Assembly: GCA_963718665.1 (NCBI GenBank)
Contig: OY970359.1
Coordinates: 2,336,001 to 2,400,000 of the forward strand
Direction of reading: 5' to 3'
DNA: 64,000 bases
Source: an uncultured Phycisphaerales bacterium
GTDB taxonomy: Bacteria > Planctomycetota > Phycisphaerae > Sedimentisphaerales > Anaerobacaceae
The notes under the pieces are model-generated. The model saw only the letters and a list, made by a program, of their open reading frames with translations, was not told where the DNA came from and did no database searches. Position numbers and translations under genes: made by a program. Shown here piece after piece: positions 1 to 9,090 of the stretch (position 1 is its first letter; the number at the start of each line of letters is the position of its first letter).

Positions 1-1200
1 ATCGTCTGCGGCATACCGCTTGAGAATATATACGCGATACTAACGCCGCTTCATTCGCAGAATTTTATCGATATCCGCGACGGCGTCCTGACCAACAACC
101 GGCGCCTTGTTACAAAGGCGATGTGGTTCAACGGCACCGAAATATCAGGCAAGGCCCAGCGTGCGCTTCGCAATGAAAACGTAACAATTGTTGCCCATTC
201 TTCCGGCTATGCACATTGTTTCTATAAGGAAGCCACGATAAAGCCCGATGTTTACGGGTATTTCGTAAAGCAGCTTAGCTCATATTTATCCAGTGAGCTT
301 TCGCTGGTTGTTTTCGCCAACTATCTCAGGAGTAATTCGTCTTACCAGAAATATTTCCAGCTTTGCCGGGATTGCCACGGCCATCCGCAATTTTTGAAGG
401 CCGAAATATTGTTCAGTTATGAGCACGGCAGCGATTATCGTATTGCCGATAGCACGCACGAAAAACTTCTGGCTGAGGTTGCTGATGAAGATTTTGTCCA
501 AGCCGAGATTCCGGGCAGGGTCCGCTGCGACTTTCTTTGTGATTTTATAACCAATAAGAAAATCGACGTTCGAACCGCCGAGGGCAGGGCGGCAATAACC
601 GGATTCCTACAGCCGGTTATGCCCGATGTTAAGAAATTTGTCGATGAGCTTGCCGACTTTGTTCATTGTGAGCCGAAACTGCCGTCGCCCGAAAAAAACT
701 ATCTTCCCGTCCCAGCCATTGAAATCGGTGTTGACTGGACACGCGACAAAATCATCGATTACCTGCAAAATCTTCGTGGCCAAAGCACCACTGCCGACCT
801 TGCCTTTTATGCTTATCGTGATATGGAAACCTGCGACTGGACGCCTTTCCTTAAGGCCGTTGTTGAACGAAACCCTGTTTCTTTGGCAATGGCCCAGTCA
901 ATGTCACCCGATACTGTCTATGGGCTTCTGCAAAAAATGGACGGTGTTTCGATTTATGACAGCAAGCGTCTTGCCCAGCCCGATGAGGTCGCAAATTACC
1001 GCACCGGCGACGGCCTCGAAAAGGCATTGCTTCTGGCTAACGTCATTCGCCAAAAATTCCCAGATGAAAATATCGATATTGCCGTTGCCGGCAATAGTGT
1101 GGTTCTGAAAGGAGCAGGCGAATACCGCTTCGATTCATCGAAGGGGCTCAAAAAACAGGTTCGTATTTCGTCTGCCGGCGAGATTATCGTGTCTGGTTGA
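1..1200 (+). CDS. Hypothetical protein, 5'-partial (frame open from base 1)
   Basis: The frame of ORF 121..1200 is open back to position 1 (IVCGIPLENIY...). No family recognised. Confidence 0.7.
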   Translation: MVCGIPLENIYAILTPLHSQNFIDIRDGVLTNNRRLVTKAMWFNGTEISGKAQRALRNENVTIVAHSSGYAHCFYKEATIKPDVYGYFVKQLSSYLSSELSLVVFANYLRSNSSYQKYFQLCRDCHGHPQFLKAEILFSYEHGSDYRIADSTHEKLLAEVADEDFVQAEIPGRVRCDFLCDFITNKKIDVRTAEGRAAITGFLQPVMPDVKKFVDELADFVHCEPKLPSPEKNYLPVPAIEIGVDWTRDKIIDYLQNLRGQSTTADLAFYAYRDMETCDWTPFLKAVVERNPVSLAMAQSMSPDTVYGLLQKMDGVSIYDSKRLAQPDEVANYRTGDGLEKALLLANVIRQKFPDENIDIAVAGNSVVLKGAGEYRFDSSKGLKKQVRISSAGEIIVSG

Positions 1201-1253
1201 GAACCGGCGCGGTTATTTAATTAAAAAAATTATAAAAAAACGAACTTTTTGTG

Positions 1254-1290
1254 TTGACACTGGTATTAAATAGGACTATATTAGTCCTAT
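1254..1290 (+). promoter_or_regulatory. Sigma70 promoter overlapped by a palindromic Rrf2 operator
   Basis: TTGACA (1254-59), 17 bp spacer, TATATT (1277-82). Perfect inverted repeat ATAGGACTA-tat-TAGTCCTAT (1270-1290). Confidence 0.8.
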
Positions 1291-1312
1291 AGTTGTTAAT
1301 CTTGAGGAAACC

Positions 1313-1753
1313 ATGGATATTATCAGGCGAAATACGGATTACGCGTTAAGGGCTGCTGTGGAGCTGGCAGGCAGGTTCGGCGGCGAGCCGGTTTCCACAA
1401 AGGAGCTTGCGGATAACCAGCGAATACCATATCAGCTTGCCTGCAAGCTTTTGCAGCGTCTTCATAAAGCCGGGATTGTAAAAAGCGAAATGGGGCCGTC
1501 GGGCGGGTTCATACTTTGCAAAAATCCGTCAAGGATAACCGTTCGCCGGCTGGTAGAAATCATTCAGGGACCTGTCCGGCTAAATAATTGTAAGCTTTGC
1601 CGGCTCTCTCGCTGCTGCACTATAAACCCGGAATTAGCCCGCCTGCAGGGCAAAATCAATGATTTCCTTGACGGCCTTACGTTGAAACAGTTGGCGGATA
1701 CAAACGGCGGTAAAAAGCCGACGAAAAACAAACGCGGCAGGAGCAAAAAATGA
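1313..1753 (+). CDS. Rrf2 family transcriptional regulator
   Basis: DYALRA...L.K.GIV.S..G..GGF.L winged-helix signature, Cys-rich C-terminal segment, upstream of hcp. Confidence 0.9.
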   Translation: MDIIRRNTDYALRAAVELAGRFGGEPVSTKELADNQRIPYQLACKLLQRLHKAGIVKSEMGPSGGFILCKNPSRITVRRLVEIIQGPVRLNNCKLCRLSRCCTINPELARLQGKINDFLDGLTLKQLADTNGGKKPTKNKRGRSKK

Positions 1754-2100
1754 ACGAAAAGAAACGCAATTCGGCTGTTTTGGAAACCTGCCTGGCAAAA
1801 CCAGCTATTTTGGCGCAACTAATTAATTACGCCGACGACTCGGTAGTAAGTAAAACCATAATCGATAAGCCCGTCGGAACAATTACCCTGTTTGCCTTTG
1901 ACGAGGGGCAGGGATTGAGTGAGCATACCGCGCCGTATGATGCGGTTGTGCAGGTGCTCGATGGCAAGGCGTTATTGACCATAGGCGGTAAACAGATAAA
2001 TGTTTCCGCTGGCGAGCTTATTATTATGCCCGCTAATATTCCTCATGCGGTCGCCGCCGAGGAAAAATTCAAGATGCTTCTCATAATGATTCGGGCATGA
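1750..2100 (+). CDS. Cupin domain protein
   Basis: TLFAFDEGQGLSEHTAPYDA and MPANIPHAV cupin motifs. Confidence 0.9.
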   Translation: MNEKKRNSAVLETCLAKPAILAQLINYADDSVVSKTIIDKPVGTITLFAFDEGQGLSEHTAPYDAVVQVLDGKALLTIGGKQINVSAGELIIMPANIPHAVAAEEKFKMLLIMIRA

Positions 2101-2152
2101 TGGGGCAATAAACAGAAAAAATAAACCTAAGCGAGATTTAAGGAGATATTTT

Positions 2153-3811
2153 ATGGGTATGTTTTGTTATCAGTGTGAACAGACGGCAAAAGGCGCCGGA
2201 TGCACCGTTTTAGGGGTTTGCGGCAAAGAGCCGACCACGGCTGCTCTGCAGGACCTTTTGATTTACGCTCTCAAGGACCTTTCTCGCTATGCCAATCGCG
2301 CAAGACAATTGGGCAGCGTTGATAAAGCCGTGAACGTTTTCACAGTCAAAGCGATGTTCAGCACGCTGACAAACGTCGATTTTGACCCCGCCCGGTTTCA
2401 GGTGTTTTTGAAAGAGGCGGCCTCGATAAAAGAAAGGGCCAAGTTGCTTTACGAAGCCGCCTGCAAACACTCCGGCAAAAAAGCGGAACAGTTGCCCTGC
2501 GAAACCCGGTGGTGGACTAATCTCGACGATTTGGATGCATTTGTTGAAACCGGCACCCTTGTCGGCGTACAAGATAAAATCAACGAGCTTGGCCCCGATG
2601 TCGCCGGCTTGCAGGAATTGATTGTTTATGGACTCAAAGGGCTTGCCGCGTATGCCGACCATGCCCAGATTCTCGGAAAAGAAGATGACACGGTTTATGC
2701 GTTTATTCACAAAACACTCGACCGGCTTACTCAGAAGCCGACTGATATTGGCGAACTCCTTCAAACCGCTCTCGCGGTAGGGGAAGTCAATCTCAAGGCG
2801 ATGGAATTGCTCGACGCGGGCAATACAGGCGCTTATGGCCATCCGGAGCCAACACAGGTTCGCATTACCCCTGTAAAAGGCAAGTGCATTGTCGTTTCAG
2901 GTCACGACCTCAAAGACCTCGAAGAGCTGCTCAAACAAACCCATGGCAAAGGCATAAATGTTTACACGCACGGCGAGATGCTGCCCTGCAACGCTTATCT
3001 GGGTCTGAAAAAATATAAGCACCTCGTCGGCAATTTCGGCGGCGCATGGCAGGACCAGCGAAATGAATTCGACGCCTTCCCCGGCGCAATCCTGATGACT
3101 ACCAATTGTTTGCAAAGACCAAAAGACAGTTATAAAGCGAGAATCTTTACCTCCGGTGTTGTCGGCTGGGCAGACGTAACTCATATCTCAAACGGAGATT
3201 TTACCCCGGTCATCAAGGCCGCTCTGGCCGCACCGGGATTTACAGAGGATGCTCCTGCGAAATCCATAACAATCGGCTTTGCCCGAAATACCGTTATGAG
3301 TGTTGCCGGCAAAGTCATCGACGCAGTAAAAGCGGGCAAAATCAGACACTTTTTCCTCATCGGCGGCTGCGACGGCGCAAAACCGGGAAGAAACTACTTC
3401 ACTGAATTTGCCCAAAAAGTCCCCAATGACTGCGTCATCCTCACGCTGGCCTGCGGCAAATATCGGTTCAATAAACTCGATTTCGGCGCAATCGACGGCA
3501 TACCTCGCCTGCTCGATTGCGGCCAGTGCAACGACGCCTACTCCGCGATTCAGATAGCCATCGCCCTGGCAGGGGCCTTCAAATGCGGCGTAAACGACCT
3601 GCCATTGTCGTTTGTCTTGTCCTGGTATGAGCAGAAGGCGGTTGTAATTCTTCTGACGCTGCTGCACCTGGGCATAAAGAATATTAAGCTTGGCCCGTCT
3701 CTGCCCGCGTTCGTCAGCCCGGCCGCCCTTAATGTCCTGGTTGAAAAGTTCAATATCGCTCCGGTTGGTTCTGTGGACGATGATTTGACGACGATACTGG
3801 CAGTCAAATAA
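2153..3811 (+). CDS. hcp: Hydroxylamine reductase / hybrid cluster protein
   Basis: MFCYQCEQT...GCT..GVCGK, VSGHDL, YTHGEMLP, GGCDG, DCGQCNDAY and SWYEQKAV motifs. Confidence 0.97.
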   Translation: MGMFCYQCEQTAKGAGCTVLGVCGKEPTTAALQDLLIYALKDLSRYANRARQLGSVDKAVNVFTVKAMFSTLTNVDFDPARFQVFLKEAASIKERAKLLYEAACKHSGKKAEQLPCETRWWTNLDDLDAFVETGTLVGVQDKINELGPDVAGLQELIVYGLKGLAAYADHAQILGKEDDTVYAFIHKTLDRLTQKPTDIGELLQTALAVGEVNLKAMELLDAGNTGAYGHPEPTQVRITPVKGKCIVVSGHDLKDLEELLKQTHGKGINVYTHGEMLPCNAYLGLKKYKHLVGNFGGAWQDQRNEFDAFPGAILMTTNCLQRPKDSYKARIFTSGVVGWADVTHISNGDFTPVIKAALAAPGFTEDAPAKSITIGFARNTVMSVAGKVIDAVKAGKIRHFFLIGGCDGAKPGRNYFTEFAQKVPNDCVILTLACGKYRFNKLDFGAIDGIPRLLDCGQCNDAYSAIQIAIALAGAFKCGVNDLPLSFVLSWYEQKAVVILLTLLHLGIKNIKLGPSLPAFVSPAALNVLVEKFNIAPVGSVDDDLTTILAVK

Positions 3812-3821
3812 AGGAGGCACT

Positions 3822-4550
3822 ATGGCCTTGCGGAATATAATTGTTATCGACGAAGAAAAGTGCAACGGATGCGGGCTTTGTGCCAAGGCCTGTGCGGAAG
3901 GCGCAATAAAGATAATCAACGGCAAAGCAAAATTGGTCAGTGAGACCTATTGCGATGGCCTTGGCGCCTGCATCGGGCACTGTCCGCAAAACGCCATCAA
4001 GGTTATACAGCGGGAAGCCAAACCCTTTGATGAGGAAGCGACAAAAGAGCATCTCAGCCAAATAAAACAACAGCAGCCGGTGCCGTTTATGTGTCCCGGT
4101 ATGGTGGCCGCGCAATTGCGAAACACCCCCAAAAAATCCGATTCGACAGCAGGTGATGTCTCGTCGCAACTGACACATTGGCCTGTTCAGCTTAAACTTG
4201 TCTCCGCACACGCACCATATTTTGCGGATGCACGCCTGTTGCTCGTCGCGGACTGTGTTCCTTTTACGATGGGGGATTTCCACAGCAGATTTCTCAGGGG
4301 CCACAGCATTGTCGTTGGTTGTCCCAAACTCGATGACGCCCGTTTTTACATCGAAAAGCTCGCTGATATTTTGCAGGCCAACAAACTCAAGTCGCTGGGC
4401 GTAGTACATATGGAAGTGCCTTGTTGCCATGGTCTTACTCGAATCGCACAAGAAGCGTTGGCAAAGGCCGGAGTTGAAATGTCTTTTGAAGATGTTACGA
4501 TAGGCCTTAATGGTAGTATAAGCAAGGTCGAACAAATATCGGTTAATTGA
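3822..4550 (+). CDS. 4Fe-4S ferredoxin-domain protein (hcp-associated)
   Basis: CNGCGLCAKAC and CDGLGACIGHCP clusters; WPVQL, GCPKLD and MEVPCC in the C-terminal domain. Confidence 0.88.
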   Translation: MALRNIIVIDEEKCNGCGLCAKACAEGAIKIINGKAKLVSETYCDGLGACIGHCPQNAIKVIQREAKPFDEEATKEHLSQIKQQQPVPFMCPGMVAAQLRNTPKKSDSTAGDVSSQLTHWPVQLKLVSAHAPYFADARLLLVADCVPFTMGDFHSRFLRGHSIVVGCPKLDDARFYIEKLADILQANKLKSLGVVHMEVPCCHGLTRIAQEALAKAGVEMSFEDVTIGLNGSISKVEQISVN

Positions 4551-4573
4551 CTGGCCTTAGCCGGAGTTGATAT

Positions 4574-5587
4574 ATGACAGATTTTGTTAAATCGATAGCG
4601 ATGGGTTTCTGGAATACAGTTCTTGAGATGTCGCCATATTTGTTGTTTGGTTTTTTTATGGCGGGATTGCTCAGTGTTCTTGTATCGAAGCAGCTTGTTG
4701 AAAAACATCTCGGCGGCAGGGGGCTTTGGCCGGTGGTCAAGGCGTCTCTTTTGGGTGTGCCTCTGCCTTTGTGCTCGTGCAGCGTCATTCCCGTAACAAT
4801 GTCGCTTCGCAAACATGGCGCAAGCAGGGGGGCGGCTGTTTCATTTTTGCTCTCGACCCCGCAGACAGGCGTTGACAGCATTTTTGTTACGTATGCCTTG
4901 CTTGGCCCGGTCTTCGCTATATTCAGACCAATAGCGGCGTTTGTTACCGGCATAGTCGGCGGCGTGATGGTCAATCTTTTCGGAGATTCTCTCGAAAACG
5001 GCTCACAACAAAATCAGAGTTGCGAGGACGAATGTTGTTCCTCTGGGCACAAAACTAACCCTGTTACGCGAATATTCAAATATGGCTTTATCACGCTTCC
5101 CCGCGATATCGGCAGGGCGATGCTGCTTGGCTTAGTTGTTGCTGCCTTTATTTCAGCCCTTGTACCTGATGGTTTTTTTGCGGACAAGCTCGGAACCGGC
5201 ATTTTCCCGATGCTCGTAATGATGCTTTTTGGAATACCGATGTATGTTTGCGCAACCGCTTCGGTCCCGATAGCGGCCGCACTAATGATGAAGGGCTTGA
5301 GTCCGGGGGCTGCTTTGGTTTTTCTTATGACGGGTCCCGCTACCAACGCCGCGTCTTTTGTTACCATCTGGAAAATTATGGGCAGGGCTACGGCAATTAC
5401 TTACATCGCGGCTGTTGCCGGATGCGCATTGCTAAGCGGCATAGTTCTCGATTATATTATCGGCGGTATTATATTCGCTCATACTGCTCATCATGGCTGG
5501 ATGATGCCGCGGAATATTGAATATATTTCAGCAGTTGTGCTTTTTATTGTGCTGATGTTTGCTATAATCCATAAACCCAAAGAATAA
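4574..5587 (+). CDS. Permease (ArsP/DUF318, SO_0444-like metal efflux)
   Basis: PLCSCSVIP and YVCATASVPIA motifs, multiple TM segments, central Cys/His loop. Confidence 0.85.
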   Translation: MTDFVKSIAMGFWNTVLEMSPYLLFGFFMAGLLSVLVSKQLVEKHLGGRGLWPVVKASLLGVPLPLCSCSVIPVTMSLRKHGASRGAAVSFLLSTPQTGVDSIFVTYALLGPVFAIFRPIAAFVTGIVGGVMVNLFGDSLENGSQQNQSCEDECCSSGHKTNPVTRIFKYGFITLPRDIGRAMLLGLVVAAFISALVPDGFFADKLGTGIFPMLVMMLFGIPMYVCATASVPIAAALMMKGLSPGAALVFLMTGPATNAASFVTIWKIMGRATAITYIAAVAGCALLSGIVLDYIIGGIIFAHTAHHGWMMPRNIEYISAVVLFIVLMFAIIHKPKE

Positions 5588-5625
5588 AGGATTAACGCAC
5601 GAGATTTTTTACGGAGATAAAAACA

Positions 5626-5811
5626 ATGGCAAAGACAAGTATGCCGCACGCCGGCCACAACAAACACCTTTGTTATTTGAACAATCTTGGCTATCAAATA
5701 AGCAATCCAAAGGAATACAAGGCCCTTGTAAAGAACGCCAAATTTATATGCAAAATATGTGGCAGGGTTGCCGTCAGCGATAAAAATCTGTGCAAACCCA
5801 TAGTTCTCTGA
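5626..5811 (+). CDS. Small Cys/His-rich hypothetical protein
   Basis: GGAG RBS; HLC...CKICGR...LCKP metal-binding-like pattern. Confidence 0.65.
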   Translation: MAKTSMPHAGHNKHLCYLNNLGYQISNPKEYKALVKNAKFICKICGRVAVSDKNLCKPIVL

Positions 5812-5949
5812 CAGTTTCCTGTAAATCGGCGTCAGGGTAATTGGGTTTAATTGCAGCATTGGCGTTTCTGTGACAGTTTCTGTCAGTCATCGCGCCAAAA
5901 TACCAGCCCTTTTAGGTAGTATTACGCCCCCAAAAGAGGGTTTTCCTTA

Positions 5950-5977
5950 TCACATTCTACGGCTATTGCGCCGATAT
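5950..5977 (+). promoter_or_regulatory. Putative sigma28/FliA-type promoter
   Basis: TCAC-N16-GCCGATAT, with the same arrangement upstream of the paralogous gene. Confidence 0.5.
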
Positions 5978-6027
5978 TTTCCACAAGGCCTTTTCTTAGG
6001 CCTGTTTGTTGGGGGTTTCATTTAAGG

Positions 6028-6489
6028 ATGCGCGATCTAAAACCAATTCTTCTTTTGGAAGATGACAGCATTGATGCAATGACCGTTAAGAGGGCGTTGA
6101 AAGACCTTGATGTCAAAAATCCTCTTGTCCATGTGTTCAATGGCGAACAGGCGCTGGAGTATTTGCAGAATAGCGCCAACGCCGAGCCCTGTGTGATTCT
6201 TCTTGACCTGAATATGCCCAAGATGAATGGCATTGAATTCCTTAAGATTGCAAAATCAGACCCAAGATTGAAATGTATCCCGGTTGTTGTTCTTACCACT
6301 TCCAGGGCCGACAAGGATAAACTCGAATGTTTTGATAACGGTGTTGCCGGCTATATAGTTAAACCGGTCGATTACAAGGGATTTCTCGATGCAATGAAGA
6401 TACTCAACCTTTACTGGACACTCAGCGAATCATCTTGCAACCTGGTTGAAGGGCAGGGTGTTGAACCCCCAAAAACTGGCTGTTTCTGA
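6028..6489 (+). CDS. Single-domain response regulator (Rcp1-like)
   Basis: LLEDD...ILLDLNMPKMNG...VVLTTS...YIVKP receiver motifs. Confidence 0.92.
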   Translation: MRDLKPILLLEDDSIDAMTVKRALKDLDVKNPLVHVFNGEQALEYLQNSANAEPCVILLDLNMPKMNGIEFLKIAKSDPRLKCIPVVVLTTSRADKDKLECFDNGVAGYIVKPVDYKGFLDAMKILNLYWTLSESSCNLVEGQGVEPPKTGCF

Positions 6490-6578
6490 CCAGCAAAATT
6501 GCCGAGTCCTATAATTATTTGGAGCATTTAAACTGTTAATATGACATTATCTATTTTCCAAAAGAGCGGTTTTTATCA

Positions 6579-6606
6579 TCAAATCAGCCGTATTTTATGC
6601 CGATAT
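6579..6606 (+). promoter_or_regulatory. Putative sigma28/FliA-type promoter
   Basis: TCAA-N16-GCCGATAT. Confidence 0.5.
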
Positions 6607-6654
6607 TAAACCGGGTTTTATGCGCCACCAGTAAATTATGCAAAGGGGGCAACG

Positions 6655-7128
6655 ATGAGAAATCTCAGACCGATACTGTTTGTCGAAGACGATAACGTAG
6701 ATGCCATGACAGTTAAGCGAGCTTTCGGTGAGCTTGAAATTGTTAATGAGCTTGTCAGGGCAGTCAATGGTGAAGCGGCATTAAACTACCTGAGAGAGCA
6801 TCTCAACGAGAGGCCCTGTATCATTTTGCTCGATTTGAATATGCCTAAAATGAACGGCATAGAATTCCTCAGGGTCATTAAAGCTGATGACGAACTGCGA
6901 CAAATACCCGTAATTGTCCTGACAACATCAAAAGATGACCGCGATAAAATTAAAAGTTTCAAATCATGTGTTGCCGGCTACATAGTAAAACCGGTGGACT
7001 ACAGGGTATTCGTCGAGGCGATAAAAATTTTCGATTCATACTGGACACTAAGTGAACTGCCCGACAGCGTTCCTGAAGATACCGCTGTTGAGCTTCAAAA
7101 AACCGACTGCACCGGAACCGGCAGTTAA
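6655..7128 (+). CDS. Single-domain response regulator (Rcp1-like), tandem paralog
   Basis: Same receiver motifs; clearly paralogous to 6028..6489. Confidence 0.92.
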   Translation: MRNLRPILFVEDDNVDAMTVKRAFGELEIVNELVRAVNGEAALNYLREHLNERPCIILLDLNMPKMNGIEFLRVIKADDELRQIPVIVLTTSKDDRDKIKSFKSCVAGYIVKPVDYRVFVEAIKIFDSYWTLSELPDSVPEDTAVELQKTDCTGTGS

Positions 7129-7605
7129 AAAACAAATATATGGATACCGTCGCTCATCTCGCCGCCGGTCAATTCTTATGGTATTGATTTCCCGCCGATA
7201 ACTCACAAAAGAAACTCACTATATCTAACCTGTCCTACTCAAAAATTCATCCGGCTGTAAAAGTTAACGATTTTCGGATTCGGAGAGGGAAAAATGCTCA
7301 TTGGCAAGTTGATATTGACTGATTTGGAAAGGGCTTTCTCTGGCCGGAACGTGTTTTTTTTGCTTAATCTTCATTCTCGTACTATAAAAAATTCATACGA
7401 TGCACGAAGCGGCGCATCCTACATCAAGAGAGGGTGTAAGTTAGTTGCAAAACTAACAGGCGGTATTGCCCATTCCGATACGCTAAATCTCTCCCATCTA
7501 TGCTAAAAAACATAGTCATTTCACCTGTATTGTCTACGTTTTTGAGTTGACTTGATGAAAAGGGACGGGCCTGATGTGTGGAGGCTATTTAGAAAAGGTT
7601 CAATT

Positions 7606-8250
7606 ATGACCGCCATCTGGAAGGTAACGGAAGCAGATATTCTAAGCAGAGGGGAGGTGGAGGAAATTTGGTCGTAGCTTTGTCTAAGGTCAACCCGCTC
7701 GCGGAATGCCCGCCAGAGCCGGGTCATCTTCTGCCTGGCCGCCTTTTGCGGCCTGCGAGTATCGGAGATATGCGGCCTGCGCCTCTGCGACGTCAAATTG
7801 ACCATACGCCGTCCGGTGCTGGAGATAAGACCGCAGATTGCAAAACAGCATCGGCGACGTAGTGTGCCTCTATGGCGACTGCCTACGGCTTTGATATGCT
7901 TTTTGGATTGGAAAGCCCGGCGTCGGGAACAAGGCGCTGGCCCGCAGGATTACTTGGTTTGTGCCCAGAGCCGCTCATCACTTGGCAAACCATTAGACCG
8001 ACGCAATGCCAGGGCCCGGTTTATAGCAGCCTGTGGAATACTGGGCAAGGAACGGCAGGAGATGCTGACCATCCACACCGGCAGGCATAGCTGCGTTTCA
8101 CATCTGCTGGCCGCGGGCTGGCCGCTTCCGGTAGTACGAGATATGCTGGGCCACGCCAATTTGTTTACGACAAGCATCTACTCCCACATCGTTGTCGATG
8201 ACCTGCCTCCGCCGGACCCGTTTGCCTTTGCCAGCGAGCATGTGGAGTAA
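7606..8250 (+). pseudogene. Tyrosine recombinase (catalytic-domain type) with a premature TAG
   Basis: ATG 7606 is in frame with ORF 7798..8250, with an in-frame TAG at 7675-77. Motifs GLRVSE, HTGRH and LGHA...TT.IY. Confidence 0.85.
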
Positions 8251-8599
8251 GGGCGGGGCTTGTGACTTGAAAGCGGGTTAAAGTACGGCGGTGGAGCGTT
8301 GGGGGTACAGGGTAAAGCTGCCAAACTTGCTGCTACAGCGGTTTTTCCGGCGCGGAATCGAAAAAGTCGGGCAAAGGGGTATGAGAAGGGATCGGAGGCC
8401 GTTCGGCCATTCTACGGGCGCAAAATGCCTTTGGGGCCGACTATGCAACATTCCACAAGGTGGTTTAGCTGCGTTTTTTTCTCAAGCTCGATAAAATCGG
8501 GACACCGGGGCCAGGCAGGGCAAAGTTTTGAGGTAGTGAGAAGGTGGTTTCCTTATACGGATAGGCGAGGATTGGCCTGTATGGTCACATGGAACAGCC

Positions 8600-8628
8600 T
8601 TGCATTTTATGGCCTCTGCTGGTAGAAT
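8600..8628 (+). promoter_or_regulatory. Sigma70 promoter with extended -10
   Basis: TTGCAT, 17 bp spacer, TAGAAT preceded by TGn; purine-rich RBS before ATG 8664. Confidence 0.65.
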
Positions 8629-8663
8629 GTGGCAGTAATTGTCCTAAAGAGAAAGGGAATTTT

Positions 8664-8762
8664 ATGAATAGCCTCGCACCCGAATTACCGCCAACACAAC
8701 GAGCATACACACTGCGCCTGCACGGCGCAGAAAAAGCAAGGGGAGGAAGCCGTGAATTATAA
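8664..8762 (+). pseudogene. 32-aa ORF resembling the Cas12b (C2c1) N-terminus, truncated
   Basis: MNSLAPELPPTQRAYTLRLHGAEKARGGSREL*. PP.TQRAYTLRL.GA matches the recalled N-terminus of Desulfatirhabdium-type Cas12b. Too short to appear in the ORF track. Confidence 0.6.
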
Positions 8763-9033
8763 CCTGCTCGATGAAAAGTGGATTCCCGTTCTGTGGACTG
8801 ACGGCAAGTTCAATCATGTCGGCATCAAGGAGGCGCTTACACAAGCGGGACGGATTCAGGAGGTGCGAGACAGTTCCCCCCTTGTGACGTTTGGAATCTA
8901 TCGTCTGCTGATTGCTGTGCTGAAGTGGTTGTATAACTGCACGTCTGCACCCGTACATTTTTTGATGCTCTCAACGGTAATCTGCTTACACAAGGGCAAG
9001 GTTTCAAGACCGGTACTAATCGTGGTGGAATAG
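8752..9033 (+). pseudogene. casA: Type I-E Cas8e (Cse1/CasA) N-terminal fragment
   Basis: YNLLDEKWIPV...VGIKEAL..A..I..V.D.SPLVTFGIYRLLIAVL is the Cse1 N-terminal signature. Similarity ends after ~60 aa. Confidence 0.8.
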
Positions 9034-9090
9034 ACGTAGAATATGATGAGCCGAACGTTATCAATCTCTACTATTTTGGGAGTGATTGCA

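Noticed and set aside
7420..7440. SAM-I riboswitch (ATCAAGAG)
   Set aside because: Lacks the downstream GAGGGA..GGCCC, GCAACC and GTGC elements.
7675..7677. Amber recoding (pyrrolysine or an alternative code), suggested by in-frame TAGs here and at 51834
   Set aside because: Core genes such as metK and aroA' copy 1 end in TAG, there are no pyl genes in the window, and both cases lie in decaying mobile DNA.
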